IMG/VR virus record: IMGVR_UViG_3300042373_001362 | Span: 32,001 to 96,000 of that record | Length of the DNA stretch: 64,000 nt | From: a virus | Direction: 5' to 3' (one strand) | Shown: piece after piece, positions 9,886 to 19,272 of the stretch | How positions within the stretch are numbered: the stretch's first letter is position 1 | How the letters are laid out: each line of letters starts with the position of its first letter | Translations under genes and position numbers: made by a program | Notes under the pieces: generated by a model | Databases searched by the model: none | What the model saw: only the letters and a program-made list of their open reading frames with translations | Told to the model about the DNA's origin: nothing

Positions 9886-10506
9886 CTACAAAACAGGAAG
9901 TGTTGACGCCGAATTGCCGGTTCCATCTATTTCTAGTTCAATGTTTGACACTGTTCCGATTGGCTTGCGTGAAACAACTTCATCTATCTCCATGTTGTAG
10001 CCGATGTAGGCTCCAGCCATGATTCTGTCGCCTTTTAGTAGTGTTAAATCCGAGAACTCTTCACGTATTGAGCCTTCGTCAATCATCGCTTTAAAAGAGT
10101 TTCTTTCGTCATAAGCTTTTAGACACGGATAGTCAAGGAGCGCTGAGCGCAAAACCGTCGTAAGCCTGTCTCTCATTATCGTGCACTCTTCAGAACCTTC
10201 TGTTCTGACCCAAACGTATGTACGCATTGAATAAGAAACGCGGTAAAGAGGGTCTCGTCCATCAAAGCCAATCCTGTTAAATGCCGTCGAAGATATTACG
10301 ACAGTTATAACGAGCGGCCATGTATCGATGGCAAACGGCTCGTATGTTGTAAAGCCTTCAGGGGTAGGGAGGGTTATGTCGTCAACATTCCATCCGTTAC
10401 GGTAGTCAATAATCCTGACAGGAATGTCGTTTGATAGGTAGTCCGTAACATACTGTTTGGCGAACTGGGCACCGTGCATTAATGGATATCCGGGTGGAGT
10501 TGTCAT
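9886..10506 (-). CDS. tail completion/terminator-like protein
   Basis: Synteny immediately upstream of the sheath; 206 aa. Confidence 0.5.
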   Translation of the reverse strand: MTTPPGYPLMHGAQFAKQYVTDYLSNDIPVRIIDYRNGWNVDDITLPTPEGFTTYEPFAIDTWPLVITVVISSTAFNRIGFDGRDPLYRVSYSMRTYVWVRTEGSEECTIMRDRLTTVLRSALLDYPCLKAYDERNSFKAMIDEGSIREEFSDLTLLKGDRIMAGAYIGYNMEIDEVVSRKPIGTVSNIELEIDGTGNSASTLPVL

Positions 10507-10985
10507 TATGCCGTAAGCCCTTCATTTCCTTCAACAATGTAATTGGCAAGCTTTTCAGCAAATTCATCAGCAAACGACTGAGGTATAAAGAGTATTTGTC
10601 TTTTAGGCATTTTTGATGTCCCATACTGATGAAATCCTGCGTATTTAACGCCAGTTCCAAAAGTAGCACTTAACCTATTTATTTCATTGACAGAAGGGTC
10701 GGAGAGTTCTGAGATGCTCCTAAATAGTTCCCCGCTACGAACAAGTGTTGGCCTTCCGGGGAGGTCTCTTGCTTTCCATGCCGCATATTCGGCATCAAGT
10801 GGTGACCATCCACCAACGGCAAGACCTTGAGATGTAAAGTTTTCTGCGAATGTTTTCTTTAATACCTGTTGAGCCCACCTAAAAACAGGCCGAGCATCAA
10901 TACATCTTTCGTTCACATCGTCGATAAGGTTTTGGACTTTTTCAACCCTTACCTCAACATCAATCCTTACTGGAGCCTTTGCCAT
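10506..10985 (-). CDS. virion morphogenesis (neck/tail completion) protein
   Basis: WSPL...LVRSGELFRSI...GTGVKYAGFHQYGTSKMPKRQIL motif. Confidence 0.8.
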   Translation of the reverse strand: MAKAPVRIDVEVRVEKVQNLIDDVNERCIDARPVFRWAQQVLKKTFAENFTSQGLAVGGWSPLDAEYAAWKARDLPGRPTLVRSGELFRSISELSDPSVNEINRLSATFGTGVKYAGFHQYGTSKMPKRQILFIPQSFADEFAEKLANYIVEGNEGLTA

Positions 10986-10986
10986 T

Positions 10987-11634
10987 TTAAGACACTCTGC
11001 TTCGTCTGTACTTCCTTAAAGACATCAGTTCAGTGTCTAGAAATCCAGTAACAAGAGGACCGACGTTTCTTGTGGTCAAGTCTTTTAAGCCAACAACATC
11101 GTCGTGCATGTTTTGCATTTCTCTTGACGCAGCCCTGAGTATCAAAAGCTTAAACATGGGAATATTTGTTCCGTCGAGTCCTGCCGTATATGTGACGGTG
11201 ACAACATCTCCGTCCAGGGCATAGAAATAGTCGATACCAAACCTGCGAACAACATAGTCATGCTCAACGACCAAAGTTCTTGGTTCGCCGTAGAGCGGTT
11301 TAACCACTACTTCAGATACCTCTACAACTGGAGAGTTTCGTAAATAGATTGTGCTCGGTGGGGTCGCCCAGGTTGTGCTGTCAACCATGTTTGACTGAAC
11401 AAAAGAGTCCGTGTAGCTGTGGGGAGGGGCGCTCAAGAATGTACCCATAGGTACTCCGTGATACGTTCCTTCAACAGTGTGGTCTTCTTCAAATTCTTCT
11501 ACTTCAACTGGTCGACGGAGGTATGCCTCCATCTCGGACTGAAGTCCTGCAAGAATCATTTCTGCAGCATCCTGCTGGCGAAGCGTGAACTTCACGTCCA
11601 TATAGTTAACAAGGTCTGCTTGTGTGACTAGCAT
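10987..11634 (-). CDS. head-tail adaptor/connector protein
   Basis: LVTQADLVNYM start, EAYLRRP, PVVEV, VTVTYTAG, ends LRKYRR. Confidence 0.75.
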   Translation of the reverse strand: MLVTQADLVNYMDVKFTLRQQDAAEMILAGLQSEMEAYLRRPVEVEEFEEDHTVEGTYHGVPMGTFLSAPPHSYTDSFVQSNMVDSTTWATPPSTIYLRNSPVVEVSEVVVKPLYGEPRTLVVEHDYVVRRFGIDYFYALDGDVVTVTYTAGLDGTNIPMFKLLILRAASREMQNMHDDVVGLKDLTTRNVGPLVTGFLDTELMSLRKYRRSRVS

Positions 11635-11674
11635 GTGTTACCTCCGTAAGGATGACAGGTCGACTATTTTCGAC

Positions 11675-12331
11675 CTATCTCCTTTTCTGTGGTGCCTTCT
11701 TGGCTGGAGCCTTCTTAGCTGGAGCCTTCTTTGCTGCGGCTTTTTTAGCGGGGGCCTTCTTAGCTGCGGCCTTTTTGGCTGGAGCTGCCTTCTTGGCTGC
11801 AGGAGCCTTCTTGGCTGCAGGAGCTTTCTTGGCTCCAGAAACTTTTTTAGCTGTTTTTTTGGCTTTGGTTCTTGAAGCTTGCGCTGCAGTTCTTTGAGCC
11901 CTTATGCGACGCATCGTCTCATTAGCCTGAGCTTTTGTTGTTGCAGACCTGTATAGGTCTGAATGTTCAGTCTCTTTACGAGCCTGGAAGCCTTGTTTGC
12001 GACCAATCTGCTGACTGCGACGGCCAGGTGTGGCGGGGAGGCCGAGTGGTCCTTTGCCCTGGACTTTTGCGTATCTTTTGGCCCCAATAGCTTTTACTTC
12101 CTCGGGGGTCATGTACCCCTGCCTTCTGACAGACTCGCGTTGTAGCTTTCTGGCATTGGCTCTAGAACCAAAAACTTCTTTAATTGCCTTGTTTATAAGT
12201 TCTCTTTGCTTAAGAAGCTGCTCTCTTCTTCGACCAGTTGCAGTCGTAAGTTGATTTTTGATTCTACTTTCATCCAGCAACAAGGAGTCTGCGTCGTCAG
12301 TAATGTCTGGGCCATATCTTACTCTGGGCAT
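11675..12331 (-). CDS. basic histone H1-like protein (PAKK/AAKK tail)
   Basis: C-terminal KKAPAAKKAPAAKKAAPAKK... repeats; Arg-rich body. Confidence 0.7.
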   Translation of the reverse strand: MPRVRYGPDITDDADSLLLDESRIKNQLTTATGRRREQLLKQRELINKAIKEVFGSRANARKLQRESVRRQGYMTPEEVKAIGAKRYAKVQGKGPLGLPATPGRRSQQIGRKQGFQARKETEHSDLYRSATTKAQANETMRRIRAQRTAAQASRTKAKKTAKKVSGAKKAPAAKKAPAAKKAAPAKKAAAKKAPAKKAAAKKAPAKKAPAKKAPQKRR

Positions 12332-12412
12332 AATGAGCCAACTCCTTTAAGAAATACTTTAAAGAAGTTTACCATATGGCGCCAAGCTATTGATAAATAG
12401 CCACGCCAATGC

Positions 12413-12967
12413 CTACCTGTCAGCGTTTGGTGGGGATTCTATTGTTGGTCCCTTGTCGACAGTTCCTGGAGGTGCCTCAACCGGAACCCATGCTCTTGAG
12501 TATGTGTATTCTTTGATATTTCTTGACTTCAATATCGTTCCGTCAATCATCAAAGAGTATTCATTTGGCTTCATGCACAATGTTCTTTCTAGGCTTTTTT
12601 CATTAGCCGCTCTAGCTCGAACAAGTTTTTTAATTATTGAGGACATGGGTTTGGCGACTACTGAACCTCTTCCTCTATTGAGACGAAGGTGCATCTCCAT
12701 TGCTTCCATGGTGCCAATGTCATGTTTTATAACTGGAATTGTTCCACCAGTTATTTCCATTATTTGCTTTACATTGGTAGCCAGCAGGTACCGCTCAGAG
12801 CCGTCAATTATCTCTCCGCTTCTGGCAGATACGTGAATTGGTTGAATAAAACCAAAATCAGCAAGAGACGCAGAAAGAACCAAAAGGTCTGGCCTCAATA
12901 TGTAGGTTGCTCTCCATGATGGAACCACAAGCGTTGATGGGTCGACTTCTTCAATTTCATACTTCAT
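12413..12967 (-). CDS. ParB/Srx-like protein (IbrB-like)
   Basis: SLADFGFIQPIHV..EIIDGSER..HLRLNRGRG; overlaps the PAPS-reductase-like gene. Confidence 0.7.
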   Translation of the reverse strand: MKYEIEEVDPSTLVVPSWRATYILRPDLLVLSASLADFGFIQPIHVSARSGEIIDGSERYLLATNVKQIMEITGGTIPVIKHDIGTMEAMEMHLRLNRGRGSVVAKPMSSIIKKLVRARAANEKSLERTLCMKPNEYSLMIDGTILKSRNIKEYTYSRAWVPVEAPPGTVDKGPTIESPPNADR

Positions 12968-14096
12968 ATGTTGAATCTATTTCTTCTTCTTGGTTTCTTA
13001 CTGTGTACGCCCTGGTCCTTGGTCCAACGGGCGAAGGCGAGCCACCATCTATCTCATTTAGAACAAGGGTTCTAATTAATAGGCTGATTGGATATGCTCG
13101 TTGGTCTTCTAGGTGTTTCTTGCGAAACTTGGACACATACGCTTTTGCTTCCATTTGTCTACGTTCACCAATAAGGTACTCCTCAATAAACATAGAGGCA
13201 CCTTCTAGACCGAGTGCTGAATATTGGTCTATTAGTTTTTCGATGTCAAACTCTGGCCACCATCGACGCTGGGCATCTATGTAGGGGAAGCACTCAAAAA
13301 GTTTGTCGTAGAACTCTGGTTCAGTAGCAACCACATCACCAATTCTGCGGATAGCAATACTATGGAGTGGAATACCGATTCTTGTGTTGCTCTCTGTTTG
13401 GGCGGCAAGGTCGTAGTACTCACAATATTCAGAACCGTGCTCTTCAATTAGAAACTTAAAAACATCGTTTGTATTCCAGTCATAAATGACCTTTGCAAAC
13501 TTCATCGGAATTCCGGTTTTCAGCTTGTACGGAGTGACGATGTAGTTTTCGTGAAGCTTCTGCACGCATGAGCGATAACGAACCATCGACTCGCTAGCCC
13601 TAACTCCAGTGATGAAGGCAACATTGCCTTTCTTTCCCTGCATTGTGTAGTAGTCGGTTTGCTCGGGCAAAGAGACGTCATGTGTCAAGCCAAAGTCTTC
13701 AGCAGTAATTGCCCATGGCGGAATATCTCTAACGAGCCTTCCTTGGTTCTTGCGCGTATTGCTCCAAAGAACCGTGGTAACTCTTTGTCCAAGAACCCAA
13801 ATCTCTGCAGGGTATGGAAGGCAGTACCACTCCATGTCAACCCAGTCGTAGTTTCTGACCTTCTCGACGTACTTGATGGTTGCCGGGCTAACCATTTCTT
13901 CATCTCTAAAGATGACCTTTACAGGGCCAAGTCCTCGCTCTTCATGGACTTCTTTGGCAAGGTACATAACAGCAGAAGAGTCTTTGCCACCAGAGAATTG
14001 AACACACACGGTGTCAAAGGTGTCGTATACGTGGCGAATTCTTTGACGAGCTGCATCGATGCAACTCATGTCAAGAAACATTCTTTGTCTAGTCAT
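12957..14096 (-). CDS. PAPS reductase-family PP-loop protein (IbrA-like)
   Basis: AARQRIRHVYDTFD, VQFSGGKDS PP-loop, FRDEE, GVRASES, IYDWNTNDVF. Confidence 0.85.
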   Translation of the reverse strand: MTRQRMFLDMSCIDAARQRIRHVYDTFDTVCVQFSGGKDSSAVMYLAKEVHEERGLGPVKVIFRDEEMVSPATIKYVEKVRNYDWVDMEWYCLPYPAEIWVLGQRVTTVLWSNTRKNQGRLVRDIPPWAITAEDFGLTHDVSLPEQTDYYTMQGKKGNVAFITGVRASESMVRYRSCVQKLHENYIVTPYKLKTGIPMKFAKVIYDWNTNDVFKFLIEEHGSEYCEYYDLAAQTESNTRIGIPLHSIAIRRIGDVVATEPEFYDKLFECFPYIDAQRRWWPEFDIEKLIDQYSALGLEGASMFIEEYLIGERRQMEAKAYVSKFRKKHLEDQRAYPISLLIRTLVLNEIDGGSPSPVGPRTRAYTVRNQEEEIDSTYEV

Positions 14097-14275
14097 TAAT
14101 ATTTCGCAATCTGAGAAAGCCTCTGATTTTCTGCTCTAACATTTTCCAACTCTATGCGCAAGCGTTCAATCTCATCGGCCGCTTCCCAGCAGGCAACGGG
14201 AACGACTTTGCCGCTCATGTCGCCACGCAGGGATGCTATGTCTCGCAGTCGGGTCAGAATATCATTTTGATTCAT
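14096..14275 (-). CDS. small phage protein
   Basis: MNQNDILTRLR...EAADEIERLR motif common in phages; start moved to the internal Met. Confidence 0.55.
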   Translation of the reverse strand: MNQNDILTRLRDIASLRGDMSGKVVPVACWEAADEIERLRIELENVRAENQRLSQIAKY

Positions 14276-14486
14276 TGTATTTCCTTGTGTTTTTGGCATT
14301 CCTTGCATAAACCGCAGCATAGGCAATCGCCATCAATATGAATCCATATTGCTTGGTTCTTATTGCGTAGACAATCCAAAGAATTTCATTAACGAGGTTT
14401 ATTAACCAACCCCACCAAACCCTATTGCCAGCGATTAGGAGACCAGTAACTCCTAAAATGCCCAGCACCCATGACCATGCACTCAT
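14262..14486 (-). CDS. small membrane protein, PnuC-like
   Basis: Three hydrophobic segments, WWGWLINLVNEILWIVYAI..QYGF. Confidence 0.6.
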   Translation of the reverse strand: MSAWSWVLGILGVTGLLIAGNRVWWGWLINLVNEILWIVYAIRTKQYGFILMAIAYAAVYARNAKNTRKYNESK

Positions 14487-15292
14487 TAAATCTCCGAGTG
14501 TTGGCCGATGAAGTCCATCAGTCTTTCTGCTGTTGTGTTTCCAACAATTGCAGGGTCGCTACGAAGCCATCTAACAAAGTCATACCAGCGAGACTGCTGA
14601 GCAGGGTTATCAAAAACAATCGTAAACTGAACCACGGCCTGCTGTGCGGCTCCGTTTGCCATTGTCGAACCTCTAACGGCAATGTCATTCTGGTCGGATG
14701 AAGGTGGGGCAACGATTCTTTTTTCTCCATCGCTATCACGAGAAACAGAGAACTGTTGTTCTGGCAATTCTGGGACATCATTGAATCCCTGTATTTCTGT
14801 GTTGCGGTCGATTAGAACAGGCGGAACATAGGAACCAGTTGTAGACATCTCGCTACTGTTCCTGTATGCCTCTTGCTCATACTCGGCAATCTCAAACTCA
14901 TCCCAACCGAGTCCTTCTAAAAGTTCTGGGTAGTCATCGCTTACTGCGGTAATCAGTTCATAAAGAACTTCTGGTTCTGAATAACCTAGTTCAACAGTTC
15001 TATTGTCTGCCAACGCAAACGCAACTGCACGGGAATCGTCACCGTCAAGATAAACAACAGCAACTTTGTCCCACCCAAGCATCTTGGCTGCTTCAAGTTG
15101 GTGGTTTCCTGCGATAACCGTGGCTGTACCATCATCGTTTTTCTTTGCAACAATTGGCTTTACTTGTCCGAATTCAGCATAGGAAGCGGCAATTGCATCA
15201 ACGTCGCCAATTCTTGGATTTTTTTCAAGCGGCAAAAGAGTTTCTATATCTACTGCCATTCCTAACAGTGACTCATGAATTCCATTACTCAT
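14486..15292 (-). CDS. ParB N-terminal domain protein
   Basis: NPRIGDVDAIAASYAEFGQVKPIV..VIAGNH..AFALADNR. Confidence 0.85.
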   Translation of the reverse strand: MSNGIHESLLGMAVDIETLLPLEKNPRIGDVDAIAASYAEFGQVKPIVAKKNDDGTATVIAGNHQLEAAKMLGWDKVAVVYLDGDDSRAVAFALADNRTVELGYSEPEVLYELITAVSDDYPELLEGLGWDEFEIAEYEQEAYRNSSEMSTTGSYVPPVLIDRNTEIQGFNDVPELPEQQFSVSRDSDGEKRIVAPPSSDQNDIAVRGSTMANGAAQQAVVQFTIVFDNPAQQSRWYDFVRWLRSDPAIVGNTTAERLMDFIGQHSEI

Positions 15293-15630
15293 ACTTGATG
15301 TCTCACATTGGCGTTGAGGGTTCTCATAGCATCAATAGACGTACGAAGTGAAAGTAACTTCTCTCTCTTTGACTTAACCAATGCTTCAGATATTTTGTAA
15401 TCGAAAGAAGATGAGTCAAGCTTGTAGTCAGCCCATGCTTCACGTTCTTTGATTGAGCCTTTTGCAGACAAGTATTCTTTCGCCCAATTAGACTTATGAA
15501 GTGCTTCCTTCTTGGCATTGTCTGTGGCCAAAACCTCAAAAGCTTCTGTCTCTTCTTCAAGCATCTCTATAAGACGAAGAAGCTCGTTTTCGATGTCTAC
15601 CTGGCTAATTGGCTTATTTCTATGTTGCAC
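15289..15630 (-). CDS. coiled-coil protein (possibly UvsY-like)
   Basis: Helical 113 aa, overlapping the neighbouring genes; function weakly inferred. Confidence 0.45.
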   Translation of the reverse strand: MQHRNKPISQVDIENELLRLIEMLEEETEAFEVLATDNAKKEALHKSNWAKEYLSAKGSIKEREAWADYKLDSSSFDYKISEALVKSKREKLLSLRTSIDAMRTLNANVRHQV

Positions 15631-16162
15631 TTACGCTCCTCTTATTATCCAGCGGCGACCAATCTATCTTCTCCAGAGAAGATAGTTGCACCGATGTCCA
15701 ATCATATGAACTTTTACCTAAATATGCAAGTCCCATTTGTTCAAGAATCCATGCGTCGCATTCGTCGTCGGCTCCAGCGCCAGAAAAGATAAGACCGGTC
15801 TTTGATGAGATTGCAGAGATAACTTCCGTTTTTCCCGCATTGCCTTTTCCAGTGGCAAATTTAGCCCTGGATGTTGGAGGAACCTCTACATATGCAATTC
15901 CACACTCCCAGAAAGTCATCCTGATACACCCACCAAGCTCTCCAATGCTGTGGGCCTGTGAGTTGCGTGATGCAAACGAGTAGCCCTCAATGATGGCGCA
16001 GTCAATTTTATCGTCAAGACATGTCTGAAGAACGGTCTTATTTATATAAGACAGCCTTTCAGGGCCCTTAGTTTTAGTGGAAATAATCGACGTTTTGCCA
16101 TTTATTGACACTCCGGTGGAGGTCAGTGAAAGGTCTAGTCCTATTAGCTTCAAATCGGGCAC
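15620..16162 (-). CDS. ruvC: RuvC-like Holliday junction resolvase
   Basis: IGLDLSLTSTG, IIEGYS, KFATGKGNAGK, DDECDA. Confidence 0.85.
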   Translation of the reverse strand: MPDLKLIGLDLSLTSTGVSINGKTSIISTKTKGPERLSYINKTVLQTCLDDKIDCAIIEGYSFASRNSQAHSIGELGGCIRMTFWECGIAYVEVPPTSRAKFATGKGNAGKTEVISAISSKTGLIFSGAGADDECDAWILEQMGLAYLGKSSYDWTSVQLSSLEKIDWSPLDNKRSVSAT

Positions 16163-16283
16163 AAACAGACCCTACTACACAAAAATCGGGCAGGATTTCT
16201 CCTACCCGACTTTTGCCTATAACGGTCACAAATCTTGTGCTGAAACAATTGTACAACAATAACAAACTGAGCTGATACAGCAA

Positions 16284-16316
16284 ACAACCGCTTATCCTGC
16301 AGAGACAAGCGGTTGT
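16284..16316 (-). terminator. hairpin, probable terminator after the short ORF
   Basis: ACAACCGCTT...AAGCGGTTGT inverted repeat, extending to ~13 bp with G-U pairs on the minus strand. Confidence 0.5.
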
Positions 16317-16323
16317 AGAGAAA

Positions 16324-16368
16324 TTAAGAAATAAATCTCCGAATTGCCGTGGTTAGGCCACTAGACAT
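16324..16368 (-). CDS. putative 14-aa peptide MSSGLTTAIRRFIS
   Basis: ATG preceded by AGGAAAGGA at 9 nt spacing, followed by a hairpin. Confidence 0.4.
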   Translation of the reverse strand: MSSGLTTAIRRFIS

Positions 16369-16530
16369 TGACCACCGTCCTTTCCTTTCCGACAGCAGGT
16401 TTGTAGGTACCTGGTATCAAGAATACACGCATGAATAATAAACGAACAATAAATAATTGCCGAAATAATGCAAAGAAGAAAAACTTCTGATGCTATTATT
16501 GTTTCATACCCCCTCACTCAAGGAGAAAAT

Positions 16531-16884
16531 ATGTCAACAGCAGCATTGGCCCCAACAACGGTCACACTCACGATTCCCGGAACCCTTTCGACCTCAAGCC
16601 TTGTTTCCGTAGCTTTGCCTTTCAATGGCAGAATCACTGGAGCATACGTTGCAGTTACTGGTGCACCAGCAGGTTCGGCACTTACTGCAGACCTCAAGGT
16701 TGGCTCAGATGTCGCAGCAGCCTTCTCAATCGCAGCAGGCGGTTTTGTAGACGCAGGAACGCTTACAGCAGCCAACACGGACTTCGTTGCAGGCGACCTT
16801 ATTAGCCTTGATGTTTCAGCAGTTGGTTCTGGTACCGCCGGTTCAAACATGACTGTTGCTTTTACGGTTCAAGAAGGCCGTTAA
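16531..16884 (+). CDS. small beta-rich virion protein (decoration-like)
   Basis: AAGGAG RBS before ATG 16531; Ala/Gly/Thr/Val-rich; own terminator. Confidence 0.55.
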   Translation: MSTAALAPTTVTLTIPGTLSTSSLVSVALPFNGRITGAYVAVTGAPAGSALTADLKVGSDVAAAFSIAAGGFVDAGTLTAANTDFVAGDLISLDVSAVGSGTAGSNMTVAFTVQEGR

Positions 16885-16908
16885 TTAAAAATTAACCAAA
16901 ATCTGATT

Positions 16909-16935
16909 AAAGCGCTTCTTCGGGGGCGCTTTTTT
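16909..16935 (+). terminator. intrinsic terminator
   Basis: AAAGCGCTTC-TTCG-GGGGCGCTTT stem-loop followed by a T run. Confidence 0.8.
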
Positions 16936-16960
16936 CATGCCCAATATAGAGCCGTAGGGC

Positions 16961-17335
16961 TTATTCGTCGTATGAGTGTTTAGATAGTCCAAGGTCAAAG
17001 GCAAGCTGGGGATAGTTCCCTATCCGTGTATGGCACTGACGGCAGACACACATAAGGTTTGACTCATCAAGAATAGAACCACCCTGTGAGCGTCTCACTA
17101 GTTCATGCACATCAACAGATGGTCTTTGCTGATAAACGGCAAGGCCATCATACTGGGCAAAAACAGGACATGCCTGACACCATGGTCGCTCCTCTAAAAG
17201 CTTTTTTACCAAAGGTCTGCGAAGTTCGTACTTTTCTTCCGTCTTCTTGGAACGCTGATTTATCTTCTTGGAAGAGTTCTTAATCGGAGTTCTTTTTAGC
17301 GGTTTATCTGACCGCTTGAGAGGCTTGCGCTTCAC
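16961..17335 (-). CDS. HNH endonuclease
   Basis: CQAC...DVHELVRRSQGG...NLMCVCRQCH. Confidence 0.8.
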   Translation of the reverse strand: MKRKPLKRSDKPLKRTPIKNSSKKINQRSKKTEEKYELRRPLVKKLLEERPWCQACPVFAQYDGLAVYQQRPSVDVHELVRRSQGGSILDESNLMCVCRQCHTRIGNYPQLAFDLGLSKHSYDE

Positions 17336-17850
17336 TCTGCAGGGAATAGGCTTGACTCATCGATTGAGTCAAAAAGCCATTCATTGTCAAGAACAGCCCA
17401 CAGCGCCCTATCGATTGAAGTCTCTTCAAGGTCGAATTCTCGCAAGAGGGTCCGATGCTTGATAATTGCCTTTTTGAGAGTTTCCATCTCTTGCCAACCG
17501 TTTGACTCAGGGGCCTCTCCAGTATCAATCATTGCTGAGATTTCGTCAAGTCTCTTGTTTACATGAAACCTAAACCTAAGAATCTTCTTCTTGCGTCCTT
17601 CGTATGCACGAGAAGCCTCTTGGGCAAGAATCTTTCCATCTCTGCCCATCCTTTGGAATCGCTCCAGGTCTGCATCGTTGTCCATGTCAATGTCTTCGAT
17701 TTGGTCATCAAGGTTGTCAACCAAAGCCTGCAGATTGTCTCTCCATCTTTCCCAGTTTTCTCTTTCCATTAAGAGGTCTCTCTGGATTGGGGATAGTTTG
17801 TTTTTTACTTCCTCAGCAACCATTTGTGCGAAAGTATTATCGTCAATCAT
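17332..17850 (-). CDS. hypothetical coiled-coil protein
   Basis: 172 aa, 4-nt overlaps with both neighbours. Confidence 0.6.
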   Translation of the reverse strand: MIDDNTFAQMVAEEVKNKLSPIQRDLLMERENWERWRDNLQALVDNLDDQIEDIDMDNDADLERFQRMGRDGKILAQEASRAYEGRKKKILRFRFHVNKRLDEISAMIDTGEAPESNGWQEMETLKKAIIKHRTLLREFDLEETSIDRALWAVLDNEWLFDSIDESSLFPAE

Positions 17851-18665
17851 TTCTTACCACCAAACATTGGGCATATCTCTTGGTAACTACACCAGTTACA
17901 CAGTATTGATTTTCTTGCTTCAAATTCACCGGTTCGACAGCATTCGTCGACCTGCTTTTTTGTATCGATTACATGCTCAATCATGTTCTTAGCTTCTCTG
18001 CTGTTTACATGTTTTTTGAGCCTTACGCCATCTTTGAGATAAAGAAGTTCAAGCTCTTTAGCAGTGCCTACTCCCATTTTCTCTAACATGTATGCGTAGA
18101 CATAAAGTTGGAAGAACTTGTCACCCTGATACTGAGGGCGAGGTGTTTTGCCTGTTTTATAGTCGCTCACGATGAGTGATTCTCCGTCTCTAAGGGTTGA
18201 ATATCGGTCGATAAACCCCTTGATTACGACACCCTCAATGTCTCCTACGACTTCAAACTCAAGACCGTCAGGCTCTAGTTCCTGAGGGTTTTCCAATCTC
18301 CATAGGTTCTCAATACAGAACCATGAGCGCCATCTAAAGAGGCGTACTTCTTCTGAGTTCTTTACAGAGGAAGTTGCTTGGTCAACCCAAATCTCTTCCC
18401 ATACTTGCTTTGCAAGAACCTTTGCATTATCAAGCGTTCTGTCTTCCGCAGGAAGTTTATAAAGCTCCTCAAGAACATCGTGAACAAAGTTTCCCATGAC
18501 GGCAGCTTCACCTGAAACATCTGGAATTTTGTCAATTTTGTTATATCTGAACTTAAGTGGACATTGATGAAATGTGCCAATAGAAGATGCAGAAAGATGA
18601 GGAGGAGGTGTTAGCTCACTCTGAGACAAGTGTGCCACCAAACTGAATGCGGACAATCTCTGCAA
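17847..18665 (-). CDS. PD-(D/E)XK RecB/Cas4-like exonuclease
   Basis: HLSASSI..CP, GNFVHDVLE, GFIDR, DYKTGK, QLYVYA, CNWCSYQEICP; true start probably ~18629. Confidence 0.88.
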   Translation of the reverse strand: MQRLSAFSLVAHLSQSELTPPPHLSASSIGTFHQCPLKFRYNKIDKIPDVSGEAAVMGNFVHDVLEELYKLPAEDRTLDNAKVLAKQVWEEIWVDQATSSVKNSEEVRLFRWRSWFCIENLWRLENPQELEPDGLEFEVVGDIEGVVIKGFIDRYSTLRDGESLIVSDYKTGKTPRPQYQGDKFFQLYVYAYMLEKMGVGTAKELELLYLKDGVRLKKHVNSREAKNMIEHVIDTKKQVDECCRTGEFEARKSILCNWCSYQEICPMFGGKK

Positions 18666-19272
18666 TCAAGTCGTCAAGGTCTTGGTCGGTTGCATTTGAC
18701 TTTGTTGGCTTTGGTCGACCACCTGCATGCTTCTCCCAAAACTCATTGAGTTCTGTCTTTTGTTCAGCGTTGAGCGACTTAGCAAGGCCAGCAAACTGCT
18801 CCCACTTGTCAAGTCGTTCTTGTTCCTGTGGAGAGATGCTCATTGCTTCTTCAACATCCATTGCCTCTTCACTGCGAGCGAGATACAAGCCAACTCCAAG
18901 AGTTTGGGCTGCTTTCTTGAGCGCATCAGAAACCGCACCCTTCATCTCGTCACCGAGGTCAACAATGTCGCCAGTCTTCGTGCGCTTGATTTTTTGACCA
19001 CCAAATCCATCACGAACAATGACGCTTTCTGGACGTGTTGCATCTGTGTGCCACATTAAACGCACATGGGCGACAATGTAGTCAGGGTCAAGAGTGTCAC
19101 GCTCGCACGAAAGAATATTGAATGACCACGCTTCAATTCCAAGAACTTTGTTTAAGCGAGTAATCACTTCACTTACCGGAATGTAGGTAAGAGATGCTCC
19201 ACCTTTCTTGAGGATTTTTTCCATTTCTCGTGGAAATGGTTCGCTTAACTGTTGCATAACTGTGTTGTTCAT
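18616..19272 (-). CDS. Rad52/22-family single-strand annealing protein (Sak-like)
   Basis: LSEPFP, LTYIPVSEVITRLNKVLG, KGAVSDALKKAAQTLGVGLYL; start moved to MNNTVM. Confidence 0.85.
   Translation of the reverse strand: MNNTVMQQLSEPFPREMEKILKKGGASLTYIPVSEVITRLNKVLGIEAWSFNILSCERDTLDPDYIVAHVRLMWHTDATRPESVIVRDGFGGQKIKRTKTGDIVDLGDEMKGAVSDALKKAAQTLGVGLYLARSEEAMDVEEAMSISPQEQERLDKWEQFAGLAKSLNAEQKTELNEFWEKHAGGRPKPTKSNATDQDLDDLIAEIVRIQFGGTLVSE

Noticed and set aside
17847-18665. Cas4 / CRISPR system
   Set aside because: A stand-alone PD-(D/E)XK nuclease beside an SSAP; no array or other cas genes seen.
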